Of a DNA stretch of 64,000 nt, positions 1-9,978 are shown in pieces. The stretch's first letter is position 1, and each line of letters begins with the position of its first letter. The position numbers and the translations under genes were made by a program. Source of the stretch: Eubacteriales bacterium (lineage in GTDB: Bacteria; Bacillota; Clostridia; Oscillospirales; QAKW01). The DNA is taken from contig JAZPYP010000058.1 in assembly GCA_045544255.1 (NCBI GenBank), positions 23,520-87,519 on the forward strand, written 5' to 3'. Below the pieces are notes generated by a model. The model saw only the letters and a program-made list of their open reading frames with translations, did no database searches and was not told where the DNA came from.

Positions 1-1
1 T

Positions 2-358
2 GAGCTTGGCTTTGCGTCCGTTAGCCGCTTGAGCCCCGAAAAGCATGATGAGATGATCGCCTTTCTTTCCCAACTTACTCATTGCATTGCTGTTTCCTTA
101 ATGTGCTGTAATAACGCGGAAAATTTGGAGGATTATACAGGCGATTCCTTCCGCGATCTTACCAGAATTGCCCGAATCAACGAAAAAATGTGGAGTGAGC
201 TTTTCGCGATGAATAAGGAGCAGCTCCTTTTGCAAATGGAGCTTTTTTCCAAAACCTTTGAGGAGCTCAAAACTGCCCTTAAAGAAGATGATATTTCAAA
301 AATGCAAGAGATGATGCGGTTGTCCACAGCGCGGCGGGCCCGCTTTGATAAGGAGTAA
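2..358 (+). CDS. tyrA: Prephenate dehydrogenase, C-terminal part (gene starts upstream of window)
   Basis: Open frame from base 2; HDEMIAFLSQLTH and GDSFRDLTRIA motifs of the TyrA dimerisation domain; next to DAHP synthase. Confidence 0.85.
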   Translation, partial: ELGFASVSRLSPEKHDEMIAFLSQLTHCIAVSLMCCNNAENLEDYTGDSFRDLTRIARINEKMWSELFAMNKEQLLLQMELFSKTFEELKTALKEDDISKMQEMMRLSTARRARFDKE

Positions 359-362
359 AACC

Positions 363-1397
363 ATGATGAACATGAATTTTTTAAGAAAGCTGCCCATTCC
401 TGTGGATATCAAAGCGCAATATCCCGTTTCGGAAGAGATGGCGCGGGTAAAGGCTGCCCGCGATGAAGAGATCGCCAAGATCTTTAAAGGCGAGAGCGAT
501 AAATTTATTTTGGTCATCGGCCCTTGCTCTGCTGATGATCGGGAGGCGGTTTTGGATTATATCGGCCGCCTGCGCTCCTTGGAAGATAAGGTGCGGGATA
601 AAATCCTGATCATTCCCCGCATCTATACCAATAAACCCCGTACAACCGGAGATGGCTATAAGGGAATGCTTCATCAGCCTGATCCCAATGATCATCCCGA
701 TATGCTGAAGGGGATTGTGGCGATCCGCGAGCTGCATATGCGCGCCCTTGCCGATTATGCGTTCAGTTGCGCCGATGAAATGCTTTATCCGGAAAACCAT
801 CGGTATCTCTCTGATTTGCTTTCTTATGTGGCTGTGGGGGCAAGATCTGCCGAAGATCAGCAGCATCGGCTCACAGCGAGCGGTCTTTCCATCCCTGTGG
901 GCATGAAGAATCCAACCGGCGGGGATCTTTCTGTTATGATGAATTCCATTACTGCCGGTCAGCATTCTCATACCTTCCTTTATCGCGGTTGGGAAGTGGT
1001 CAGCGAAGGAAATCCTTTAACCCATGCCATTTTGCGGGGTTATGTGGATAGCAGCGGAAGAAGCTTGCCCAATTATCATTATGAGGATCTTACCAAACTG
1101 ATCGAATTGTATGATAAGAGCGGCCTTGCAAACCCTGCTGTAATTGTGGATACCAACCATGCCAATTCCGGCAAGCAGTGCCTGCAACAGGTGCGGATTG
1201 CCAAGGATATTTTGTATAGCTGCCGCCATAATGCAGATATCCGCAAACTGGTCAAGGGGCTGATGATCGAAAGCTATATTGAAGATGGCGCCCAAAAGAT
1301 CGGCGAAGCGCATATCTACGGTAAGTCTATTACCGATCCCTGCCTTGGTTGGGAAAAAACCGAAAAATTGGTTTTGGAAATTGCCGAAAGTCTTTAA
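363..1397 (+). CDS. aroF: 3-deoxy-7-phosphoheptulonate (DAHP) synthase, class I
   Basis: IGPCS, KPRTTGDGYKG, VGARSAE, VGMKNPT, DTNHANS, GLMIESY and SITDPCLGW motifs; AAGGAG RBS before ATG 363. Confidence 0.93.
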   Translation: MMNMNFLRKLPIPVDIKAQYPVSEEMARVKAARDEEIAKIFKGESDKFILVIGPCSADDREAVLDYIGRLRSLEDKVRDKILIIPRIYTNKPRTTGDGYKGMLHQPDPNDHPDMLKGIVAIRELHMRALADYAFSCADEMLYPENHRYLSDLLSYVAVGARSAEDQQHRLTASGLSIPVGMKNPTGGDLSVMMNSITAGQHSHTFLYRGWEVVSEGNPLTHAILRGYVDSSGRSLPNYHYEDLTKLIELYDKSGLANPAVIVDTNHANSGKQCLQQVRIAKDILYSCRHNADIRKLVKGLMIESYIEDGAQKIGEAHIYGKSITDPCLGWEKTEKLVLEIAESL

Positions 1398-1401
1398 GCA
1401 T

Positions 1402-1430
1402 AAAAAGAGCACCCGATGGGTGCTCTTTTT
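1402..1430. terminator. Bidirectional intrinsic terminator after aroF
   Basis: AAAAAGAGCACCC-GAT-GGGTGCTCTTTTT inverted repeat. Confidence 0.85.
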
Positions 1431-1444
1431 ACATGGGAAAAAGG

Positions 1445-1470
1445 AAAGCGCCTTCCGAGGAAGGCGCTTT
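1445..1470 (-). terminator. Terminator of RNase P RNA
   Basis: AAAGCGCCTTCC/GGAAGGCGCTTT-type hairpin followed by a T-rich run on the minus strand. Confidence 0.7.
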
Positions 1471-1811
1471 AGATCGGGCCTGTAAGCCGAGTTCTGTCGA
1501 GAGCAGTCATCTATCTGGATCCCTCGTTGCCGAAGGCCTCAAGCCACTCTTTCAAGGCTGCAAGCGGGCGGGCCACCCTCGCCTTTATCGGTGTTGCATC
1601 GGATAGGGTTTACAGACCCCCTATGTCACCATAAGGGGTGGTGAGCTCTTACCTCGCCTTTCCACCCTTACCGGCTAAAAGCCGGCGGTATATTTCTGTT
1701 GCACTTTCCCTAAGGTTACCCTCGGTGGGCGTTACCCACTATCCTGACCCGCGATGCTCGGACTTTCCTCCGCCATGCATATAGCATAACGGCGACTGCT
1801 CAGCCCGGTCC
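1471..1811 (-). ncRNA. rnpB: RNase P RNA (bacterial type A)
   Basis: Minus strand carries GAGGAAAGTCCGAGC near the 5' end and ACAGAACTCGGCTTACAGG near the 3' end; ends pair (GACCGGGC/GCCCGATC). Confidence 0.95.
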
Positions 1812-1818
1812 GAGGCTC

Positions 1819-1883
1819 ATTGTACCATAGAAAATAAAAAAATGCAAATAGTTATTGCTAAATCCCATAATAAATTATATAAT
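1819..1883. promoter_or_regulatory. Divergent sigmaA promoters for rnpB (-) and murD (+)
   Basis: Minus: TTGCAT-17-TACAAT with extended TG (1847-1819); plus: TTGCTA-17-TATAAT (1855-1883). Confidence 0.7.
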
Positions 1884-1931
1884 ATATTATATATGCGCAA
1901 ATTTCTTTTTTATCCATAGGAGGTGCGGTGA

Positions 1932-3317
1932 ATGAAAGAGCAACTGGAGCAGATTAAAAAGGCATTGAGCGATAAAACGATTGGCGTTGTCGGAGTCGGC
2001 ATTTCCAATACTCCTATTATTACCATGCTGGCAGAATTTGGGCTGAAGGTCCGCGCCTTTGATAAAAGATCCTTTGAGCAACTTGGGGATTCAGGAAAGA
2101 TCTTAAAGGAGATGGGCGTTGAGCTTTTCTGCGGCGAGGATTATATGGATCATCTTTCGGGCGATGTGATCATTAAAACGCCCGGTATGCGCTTTGATCA
2201 TCCCGCCCTCCTGCGCGAGAAGGCAAAAGGGAGCCTGATCACCAGCGAGATGGAGCTTTTCTTTGAATATTGCCCTTGCCCGATTCTTGGCATCACCGGA
2301 AGCGACGGAAAGACAACGACGACGAGTTTGGTCTATGAAATGATCTCTCGCACCGGCCGCAAAGTGCATCTTGGCGGCAATATCGGCTTCCCGCTCTTTT
2401 GCCGCTTGGGCGAGATCGCGCCCGATGATCTGGTGGTTGCCGAGCTTTCCAGCTTCCAGCTTCATACTTTGCGAAAAAGCGCTTCCGCCGCCATTGTAAC
2501 CAATCTTTCCCCCAATCATCTTGATATGCATAAGGGAATGGAAGAGTATGTGGAGGCTAAAACCAATCTTTTCCGCTTCCAAAATCAGCAAGAACTTTTG
2601 GTTCTGAACCATGATAATGAAATTACCGCCTCTTTTGAAAAAGAAGCGAAAGGTCGATTGAGAGTATTTTCCTTTAAGGGCGATCATGGAATGGTCGGCG
2701 CATTCTATCGCGATGATGCGGTATGGATGCGGATAGAGGCGGGCGCGGAGCCTGAAAAACTCATCGATCGCAAGGATCTTTTGCTGCGGGGCAACCATAA
2801 TGTTGAAAACTATATGGCCGCCGCCCTTCTGGCTTGGGATTATAGCGATGCCGAGGCAATGCGCAAGGTGGCCAAAGAATTTGGCGGTGTGCGCCATCGA
2901 ATGGAGCTGATCCGAGAGATTCGCGGTGTAAAATTCTATAATGATTCGATTGGCTCTTCGCCTACCCGCACCATTGCAACTCTTTTAAGCTTTGATAAAA
3001 AGGTTCGCCTTCTGGCGGGCGGCTATGATAAAAAGATTCCCTTCGATGCCCTTGGCGATATTGTGCCCGATCATGTGGAAAAGCTTTATCTTTGCGGTGT
3101 TACTGCCGAAAAGATCCGCGATGCGGTTCTTGCAAAGGCGCCGCGCTTCCCCTATGAGATCTTTGATTCCTTGGAGCAGGCAATCAAGGCGGCTTATGCA
3201 GAAAGCAAAGAGGGCGATATTGTGCTTCTTTCTCCTGCCTGCGCAAGTTTTGATCAGTTTAAAAATTTTGAAGAACGAGGCGATTTCTTCGCTTCCGTAG
3301 TAAAGGAACTTTCATGA
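1932..3317 (+). CDS. murD: UDP-N-acetylmuramoyl-L-alanine--D-glutamate ligase
   Basis: GITGSDGKTTT P-loop, GGNIG, ELSSFQL, NLSPNHLD, FYNDS and LLSPACASFDQF motifs. Confidence 0.96.
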   Translation: MKEQLEQIKKALSDKTIGVVGVGISNTPIITMLAEFGLKVRAFDKRSFEQLGDSGKILKEMGVELFCGEDYMDHLSGDVIIKTPGMRFDHPALLREKAKGSLITSEMELFFEYCPCPILGITGSDGKTTTTSLVYEMISRTGRKVHLGGNIGFPLFCRLGEIAPDDLVVAELSSFQLHTLRKSASAAIVTNLSPNHLDMHKGMEEYVEAKTNLFRFQNQQELLVLNHDNEITASFEKEAKGRLRVFSFKGDHGMVGAFYRDDAVWMRIEAGAEPEKLIDRKDLLLRGNHNVENYMAAALLAWDYSDAEAMRKVAKEFGGVRHRMELIREIRGVKFYNDSIGSSPTRTIATLLSFDKKVRLLAGGYDKKIPFDALGDIVPDHVEKLYLCGVTAEKIRDAVLAKAPRFPYEIFDSLEQAIKAAYAESKEGDIVLLSPACASFDQFKNFEERGDFFASVVKELS

Positions 3318-4348
3318 AACAACTGCAAAATTATCTTTTTGAATTATGCGGCGAAACCCTTCCTTCCGGCTTCGAGAGCGAAGCCAAAGGGGTGGAAGCG
3401 CTTCTTGCCCCATTGGTAGACGAATGCTATAAAGATTCTGTCGGCAATGTGATCGGTGTGCGCAGATCGGCCTTTCCAAACCCTAAAAAGGTTCTTTTAG
3501 ATGCTCATTTGGATGAGATCGGCCTGATGGTTACCAAGATCGACGATGCAGGATTTATCCATTTCACCAATCTTGCAGGCTTTTCGCCCGTTGCCCTGCC
3601 GGCAACAGTTGTCTCGGTTAAAGGAAAACGCACTCTTCCGGGTGTGGTGGCCACTCTGCCCCCTCATCTTTTGAGCGAAGAAGAGCGAAAAAAGCCCATC
3701 GAAATGAAAAAAATGGTTATCGATGTGGGCTATCCTGCCGAAAAGGTGCGGGAGTTTGTAAAGGTGGGGGATCCCATTGTCCTTCGTCAGGGGTGCAATG
3801 AGCTGATCAATGATCGAATCAGCGGCAAAGCGCTGGATAACCGCGCAGGGGTTGCAGTCCTTTTGGATATGCTTCAAACCTTGCAAAAGATGCCTCTTGC
3901 GGTGGAGCTTTATGTTGTTTTTTCCGCCGGCGAGGAATTCAGCGGCTTTGGCGCCAAAAAAGCCGCGATGGAGATCGGGCCCGATGAGGCGGTTGTGATC
4001 GATGTAACCCATGGGGAATCAAAGGGAACTCCTTCCGGCAAGGCCTTTCCTTTGGGCAGCGGTGCTGTTATCGGTGTTGCGCCCATTCTCAGCGGAGCGG
4101 TAACCGATCGATTGATCGAGATGGCAAAGCAATATCAGCTTTCCTATACCATTGAGGCCATTTCCGGCCGCACCGGCACCAATAGCGATTGCATTGCCGC
4201 CAGCCGAAAGGGTGTGCCCACCGGCCTTGTTTCGATCCCTCTTCGCTATATGCATAGCGGATGCGAAGTGGCCGATCTTCATGATTTGAAGGTGGTTTCC
4301 GATCTCTTAAGCCGCTATATCAACCGCGGAGGTGCTCGCTATGAATAA
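3314..4348 (+). CDS. M42 family (TET/FrvX-like) aminopeptidase, copy 1
   Basis: AHLDEIG, ALDNRAG, GEE, IDVT and RYMHS metal-binding motifs. Confidence 0.88.
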   Translation: MKQLQNYLFELCGETLPSGFESEAKGVEALLAPLVDECYKDSVGNVIGVRRSAFPNPKKVLLDAHLDEIGLMVTKIDDAGFIHFTNLAGFSPVALPATVVSVKGKRTLPGVVATLPPHLLSEEERKKPIEMKKMVIDVGYPAEKVREFVKVGDPIVLRQGCNELINDRISGKALDNRAGVAVLLDMLQTLQKMPLAVELYVVFSAGEEFSGFGAKKAAMEIGPDEAVVIDVTHGESKGTPSGKAFPLGSGAVIGVAPILSGAVTDRLIEMAKQYQLSYTIEAISGRTGTNSDCIAASRKGVPTGLVSIPLRYMHSGCEVADLHDLKVVSDLLSRYINRGGARYE

Positions 4349-5354
4349 AGAACTCAGCTATCTTACCTCTCTTTTCGGCGCCTCCGGAAGCGAGAGCGAT
4401 GTGCGGCAGGCGATCTTAAATGAGATCCGCCCCTATTGCAAAAATATTGAAGTAGATGCCCTTGGAAATATTATCGCCTTTAAGCAGGGCGCGGAGCCTG
4501 CTCCTTGCCCGATCATGCTTTGCGCTCATATGGACGAAGTGGCTCTGATGGTAACCGAGATCGATAAAAGCGGCTATCTTCATTTCGATAGCGTTGGCGG
4601 AATTGATCCGCGGATCCTGCCGGGCACTCATGTGGTGATCGGTAAAAAGAAGTACCATGGTGTGATCGGTGTTCTTGCTCCTCATTTTGAAAAGAGCGGG
4701 GAAGAAAAGGTGCCGAAGATGGAAGATCTTTATGTTGATTTCGGCGCTAAAGATCAAGAGGATGCTCAAAAATATGTTTCGGTAGGGGATCTTATCGGCT
4801 TTGAAACCGCCTATCGCGAGTTTGGCGAAGATCTTGTTCGGGCAAAAGCCTTGGATGATCGGGCAGGCTGCCATATCCTTTTAAACCTGATCAAAAAAGA
4901 GCTTCCCTTTGATGCTTATTTTGTTTTCTCTGTTATGGAAGAGATCGGATGCGTTGGTGCGCAAACCGCCGCTTTTTCCATTCTTCCGCAATATGCTTTG
5001 ATTTTAGAGGGGACCACTGCAGGAGATATTCATACCGACGAGAGCAAAAGCCCTGTATGCCGTCTTGGCGAAGGGCCGGTGGTTTCTTTTATGGATCGAA
5101 GCGCAATTTATGATCGCGAGCTTTTCGCCCTTGTGATGCAATCGGCAAAGGAGCAGGGGATTTCGGTGCAAGTGAAGCAGGCGGTTGCCGGCGGGAACGA
5201 AAGCGGCCCCATTCAGCGCGCTCTTAATGGGTGCAGAGTGATCGCTCTTTCCGTGCCCTGCCGCTATATCCATTCTCCGGTCAGTATTGCCAATTTGAAG
5301 GATATCGAAAATACTGAAAAATTGGCAGAGGCTGTTTTAAAAAATTTGTTTTAA
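4341..5354 (+). CDS. M42 family aminopeptidase, copy 2
   Basis: AHMDEV, ALDDRAG, MEE, LEGTTAGD and RYIHSP motifs; GGAGG RBS before ATG 4341. Confidence 0.88.
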   Translation: MNKELSYLTSLFGASGSESDVRQAILNEIRPYCKNIEVDALGNIIAFKQGAEPAPCPIMLCAHMDEVALMVTEIDKSGYLHFDSVGGIDPRILPGTHVVIGKKKYHGVIGVLAPHFEKSGEEKVPKMEDLYVDFGAKDQEDAQKYVSVGDLIGFETAYREFGEDLVRAKALDDRAGCHILLNLIKKELPFDAYFVFSVMEEIGCVGAQTAAFSILPQYALILEGTTAGDIHTDESKSPVCRLGEGPVVSFMDRSAIYDRELFALVMQSAKEQGISVQVKQAVAGGNESGPIQRALNGCRVIALSVPCRYIHSPVSIANLKDIENTEKLAEAVLKNLF

Positions 5355-5366
5355 GAGGATCAAGTT

Positions 5367-6329
5367 ATGATAAATCAATTAAAAGAATTGGTGAGCAAAA
5401 ACTGTGTTTCCGGCAATGAGCGGGAGCTTGCGGCCTATATTAAGGCGCAGATTGCTCCCTTTGCAGATAAAGTTTATGAAGATACCCTCGGCAATCTGAT
5501 CGCAGTGCGCAAAGGGGAGGGGCCGAAGGTTATGGCCATGGCTCATATGGACGAGATTGGTCTGGTTGCCTCTTTTGTGGATGAAAAGGGCTTTATCAGA
5601 GTGGCTGCCGTTGGCGGAGTTTCCCCTAAAAAATTTGCCGATCGCGCTGTTATTTTTGAAAATGGCGTTAAGGGCGTTTTTGTATGCGGGAAAGATGCCA
5701 AGATGGATGAAAGCTTTGTGGATATTGGCGCCAAGAGCCGCAGAGAAGCGCTTTCCCGCATCGAAATCGGAATGACTGCCTCCTTCCTCAGCGAAACCTT
5801 TGAAGCAGGCGAGCGGATCGTTTCCGGCGCTTTGGATAACCGCATCGGTTGCTTCTGCCTGATGGAAGCATTTAAGAAAATGCGCTATAATTCTTGTGAA
5901 TTTTATGCAGTCTTTACCGTGCAGGAAGAGGTGGGATTGCGCGGGGCAAAGGTAAGCGGCTATGAAATTTCGCCGGATGTTGCCTTGGCAATCGATGTAA
6001 CCTTGAGCGGCGATTATCCCGATGCCGATGAAACCACCGCTTCCTTGGGCGAAGGGTGCGCCATAAAAATGCGCGACCGCTCCGCGATCTGCAGCAGGGA
6101 AGTGATCGAAGATCTCGAAAACCTTGCTTCCCGCAAGGGAATCCCTGTGCAAAGAGATGTTTTATCTCGGGGCGGCACCGATATCGGGAGCGTGCAGCTT
6201 TTGGGTAACGGTGCGCAGGTTGGCGGCCTTTCCATTCCTATTCGCTATTGCCATTCTTCCATTGAGATGGCCGATCGCAGAGATGTGGAAGCCACGATTA
6301 ATCTCCTTGTTGCATACCTTGAAAAATAG
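5367..6329 (+). CDS. M42 family aminopeptidase, copy 3
   Basis: AHMDEIG, ALDNRIG, QEEVG, IDVT and RYCHS motifs. Confidence 0.88.
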   Translation: MINQLKELVSKNCVSGNERELAAYIKAQIAPFADKVYEDTLGNLIAVRKGEGPKVMAMAHMDEIGLVASFVDEKGFIRVAAVGGVSPKKFADRAVIFENGVKGVFVCGKDAKMDESFVDIGAKSRREALSRIEIGMTASFLSETFEAGERIVSGALDNRIGCFCLMEAFKKMRYNSCEFYAVFTVQEEVGLRGAKVSGYEISPDVALAIDVTLSGDYPDADETTASLGEGCAIKMRDRSAICSREVIEDLENLASRKGIPVQRDVLSRGGTDIGSVQLLGNGAQVGGLSIPIRYCHSSIEMADRRDVEATINLLVAYLEK

Positions 6330-6358
6330 TTGCTTATTTATTAATCGTTTGCTATAAT
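6330..6358 (+). promoter_or_regulatory. sigmaA promoter of the smc operon
   Basis: TTGCTT-17-TATAAT with extended TG. Confidence 0.7.
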
Positions 6359-6390
6359 ATAATTTAACATTTGAGTAAGGATGTGTAAAT

Positions 6391-9300
6391 TTGCGTTTAA
6401 AATGTTTGGATATGCAGGGATTCAAATCATTCCCTGATAAAATCAATATCGGATTTGATCATGGCATTACTGCGATCGTGGGCCCTAATGGTTCGGGAAA
6501 AAGTAATGTTTCCGATGCGATCCGCTGGGTATTGGGAGAGCAGTCCAATAAAAGCTTGCGCAGCACCAAGATGGAGGATGTTATCTTCTCCGGTACCGCA
6601 AAGCGCAAGCCCCAAGGCTTTGCAGAGGTGAGCCTCACCATTGATAATGAAGATCGCGCCCTGAATGTGGATTATAATGAAGTAATGATCACCCGTCGCT
6701 ACTATCGGAGCGGCGAGAGCGAATATTTCATCAATAAATCTCCGGCCCGCCTTCGGGATATCCATGAAATGTTTATGGATACCGGTATCGGCCGCGATGG
6801 TTATTCCATCATCGGTCAGGGCACTATTGATCAGATTCTTTTGGGCAAAAGCGAAGAGCGCCGCTCCATGCTGGAGGAAGTGGCGGGAATTTCCAAGTTC
6901 CGCTATCGTAAAAATGAAGCGGAGCGCAAGCTTGCAACTACCGAAGAAAATCTGATTCGCTTGAATGATATTGTTGGCGAGTTGAGAGAGCGGCTTCCTA
7001 ATTTGGAGCGGCAGGCCGATAAAGCGAAGAAATATCTCGCCATGTATGAGGAAAAGAAGAGTCTTGAGATTGCTATCTGGCTGCAGGAGCTGGACCAAAT
7101 CAAGATCAATGCTCAGAAGATCGAGGAAAACCATGCCATCGCCAAAGGGCAGTTGGATGATCTTTCCATCGAAGTTGAAAATATGGAGCAAGAGATCAAT
7201 GATCTTTTCCAAAAGAATGTTGATATTAATGCCGAGATCGAGCAGATTCGTTTGCAGCAAAGCGAATGGGATGAGCAGATCAGCGCATTGAATGCCCAAA
7301 AGGCTGTGTTGGAAAGTCAGGCCGCCTTTGAGCAGGAAACCATCGCCCGCTTGGAGCAAGAGCTTTCTTCGGTGAATACCCGCAAGGAAGAGCTTCATGG
7401 CCGCGTTGGCACCCATCGGGCAGAGATTGCCGAAAAGGAAGAAAAGATCCGCGAGATCGAGCAGCAGATCGCCGCTGTTTTTAAGGAAACAGAATCCATC
7501 ATCGCTAAAAGCGAAGATCAGCGCAAGCGTGCAGAAGAGCTGCAAGAAAAATTGCAGGCCAATGCCGCCGAGCGCAATCGATTGCAGATGGATAGCATCT
7601 CTCTTTCTTCTTCCATGGATTCTCATCATCAGCGTGTGGCTGAATTGGAAGAGGCCGCCAAGGAGCAGCAGGCCAAGATCGATGAAGTGGTTGCCGAGCT
7701 GGAAGCCATCGATCGGGAGCAGCTTCAAAAGGCCGAAGAGATCGAAAGTGAGCAGAATGCAAGAGCCGGCCTGAAAAAGATGCTGGAGATCAAAGACCGC
7801 AATTATCAAGAGGCCCTTGAAGCAGAGCAAAAAAGCGCGCAAAAAATGGATGCCCTTGCCCAAAGAGAGAAGATCCTTTCCGAAATGGAGCGGCATTTGG
7901 AGGGCTTTGGCGGCGCAGTCAAGCTTGTTGTGGAGCAGAGTAATCGCGGGATCCTGCAGGGGATTGTCGGCCCTGTTTCCAAGCTGATCAAGGTGGAAGA
8001 GGAATACCTTATTGCAGTGGAAACCGCCTTGGGGGCCGCAATTCAAAATATCGTTACCAAAGATGCAAAGGCCGCTAAAAATGCCATGCTGATGCTCAAA
8101 AATAAAGGCGCCGGCCGCGCCACCTTCCTGCCCCTTAATGAGATCACTCCTAAAGGGGTGCAAGAAGATTTCTCCGATCAAGCCGGATTTTTGGGCATTG
8201 CCGATTCTTTGGTAAAAACCGATGCAGCCAATCAAAAGGCGATTGCCTTCTTGCTTGGTCGCACTCTGGTTTGCCAAACCATTGATGATGCTTTGAATCT
8301 TGCCAAGGTCTGCAAGAATAAATATAAAATCGTTACATTAGATGGTCAGGTGATCAACGCAGGCGGTTCCATGACCGGCGGTAGCGCTGCAAAGAGCGCA
8401 GGGCTTCTTTCCCGCGGGATCGAGCTTCGCCGGATCGCAGAGGAACTGGAGGAAACCACCAAGCGCCATGAGGAGCTGCAGGGCAAGCTTGAAAAGGCCG
8501 CTGCAGAAAAGGCAACTCTTGATGCCCGCTTGCAGGGCGCAGAAGATGCGATCCATCAGTTGACCGAAGAGCGCCTTCGCCTTGCCGGCCTTTATGAAAA
8601 TAAAGCGGTGGTCAAGGAATCCTATGAGGCTATTTTAGAAGGATATCATCGTGAAAAAGAAACCGTTCTGACCGCCTTTGGCGAAAGCGAATCCCGCCTT
8701 GGCGAAAATCAAAAGAAGCAAGAGGTTCTTTTGGCGGAAGGAAAAGCGCTGGAAGAGCAGCTAACCTCGCTGCAAGGGCTTGGCGCTGATGATCAGGCGA
8801 AAATGGAAGCCTTGAAGGCAAAAAACGCATCCTTCGAGATGGAAAAGGTTTCTCTCTTTAAGGAAATCGAAGGCTTGAATTCCTTGATCGGTCAGTTGGA
8901 AGGTCAGCTTCTTCTGATCGATAAGGAAGAGGAAGAAAAAGCCGCTCATATCGAAGCCTCTCGCGCCAAGATTGAGCAGGCAAAGGCAGAGGCCGCTTCT
9001 ATGGAAGAGCAGGCCGAATCCCTGAAAAATCAGCATAAAGGCGGAAAGGATCGCATTGATGCTTTGGTGCAAAGCCGCCAAGATTATGAGCAAAAGCAAA
9101 CGCAGTATCGCGCTGATCTGAAGAGTAAGAATGAATCAAAGGCAAAATTGATCGAAGAGGTTACCCGCCTCGATCATCGCCTTGCCGGAATTACCGATCA
9201 ATCCGATCGAATTATTGCCCAGCTTTTGGATGTTTATGAGCTGACCGTAACCGAGGCAAAAGAAGTTTCGTTGCCTCTTGATGATTATGCCGAAGGAAAG

Positions 9301-9960
9301 CGCCGCGTGCAATCCCTGAAGGCAAGTATCAAGAATCTCGGTGCAGTTAATATCGAATCGATCGAGGAGTATAATGCGGTTAAAGAGCGCTATGATTTCA
9401 TGGACGGTCAGGTTCGCGATCTTACCGAATCCAAAATCGAGCTGGAAAAGATCATTCGTGAGCTTTTGAGCCAGATGCGGGATATCTTCAGCGAGAAATT
9501 TGCGCTGCTTAACAGCGAATTCCAAAAGATTTTCTCCGAGCTGTTTGGCGGCGGTACTGCAAAGCTGGTATTGAGCGATCCCGAAGATGTGCTTAATTGC
9601 GATATCGATGTAAAAGCAGCGCCTCCCGGAAAGATTATTAAGAACTTGGTTTCTCTCTCCGGCGGCGAGCGTGCTTTTACTGCGATCTGCCTCTATTTTG
9701 CGATCCTGAAGGTTCGCCCCACTCCGTTCTGTGTGGTCGATGAGATCGAGGCGGCGTTGGATGATGTGAATGTTACCCGCTTTGCCAATTATATGCGGCA
9801 TTATAGCGATAAAACGCAGTTTGTTTGTATTACCCACCGCCGCGGCACCATGGAAGAGGCCGATGTCCTTTATGGTGTAACCATGCCGGAGCAGGGGATC
9901 TCCAAATTGCTCACCATTAATGTGAATGAGATCGCGGAGCAGGTTGGGATCGAAAACTGA
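6391..9960 (+). CDS. smc: Chromosome segregation protein SMC
   Basis: GFKSF, GPNGSGKSN Walker A, hinge GGSMTGG, LSGGE signature, VDEIEAALD, ITHR; long coiled coils; TTG start. Confidence 0.97.
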   Translation: MRLKCLDMQGFKSFPDKINIGFDHGITAIVGPNGSGKSNVSDAIRWVLGEQSNKSLRSTKMEDVIFSGTAKRKPQGFAEVSLTIDNEDRALNVDYNEVMITRRYYRSGESEYFINKSPARLRDIHEMFMDTGIGRDGYSIIGQGTIDQILLGKSEERRSMLEEVAGISKFRYRKNEAERKLATTEENLIRLNDIVGELRERLPNLERQADKAKKYLAMYEEKKSLEIAIWLQELDQIKINAQKIEENHAIAKGQLDDLSIEVENMEQEINDLFQKNVDINAEIEQIRLQQSEWDEQISALNAQKAVLESQAAFEQETIARLEQELSSVNTRKEELHGRVGTHRAEIAEKEEKIREIEQQIAAVFKETESIIAKSEDQRKRAEELQEKLQANAAERNRLQMDSISLSSSMDSHHQRVAELEEAAKEQQAKIDEVVAELEAIDREQLQKAEEIESEQNARAGLKKMLEIKDRNYQEALEAEQKSAQKMDALAQREKILSEMERHLEGFGGAVKLVVEQSNRGILQGIVGPVSKLIKVEEEYLIAVETALGAAIQNIVTKDAKAAKNAMLMLKNKGAGRATFLPLNEITPKGVQEDFSDQAGFLGIADSLVKTDAANQKAIAFLLGRTLVCQTIDDALNLAKVCKNKYKIVTLDGQVINAGGSMTGGSAAKSAGLLSRGIELRRIAEELEETTKRHEELQGKLEKAAAEKATLDARLQGAEDAIHQLTEERLRLAGLYENKAVVKESYEAILEGYHREKETVLTAFGESESRLGENQKKQEVLLAEGKALEEQLTSLQGLGADDQAKMEALKAKNASFEMEKVSLFKEIEGLNSLIGQLEGQLLLIDKEEEEKAAHIEASRAKIEQAKAEAASMEEQAESLKNQHKGGKDRIDALVQSRQDYEQKQTQYRADLKSKNESKAKLIEEVTRLDHRLAGITDQSDRIIAQLLDVYELTVTEAKEVSLPLDDYAEGKRRVQSLKASIKNLGAVNIESIEEYNAVKERYDFMDGQVRDLTESKIELEKIIRELLSQMRDIFSEKFALLNSEFQKIFSELFGGGTAKLVLSDPEDVLNCDIDVKAAPPGKIIKNLVSLSGGERAFTAICLYFAILKVRPTPFCVVDEIEAALDDVNVTRFANYMRHYSDKTQFVCITHRRGTMEEADVLYGVTMPEQGISKLLTINVNEIAEQVGIEN

Positions 9961-9978
9961 TAAAATAGGAGTATTGAT

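Noticed and set aside
6427-8277. 616-aa ORF antisense to smc
   Set aside because: Exact codon-register shadow of smc with no recognisable motifs. Host codon bias (few TTA/CTA/TCA) removes antisense stops.
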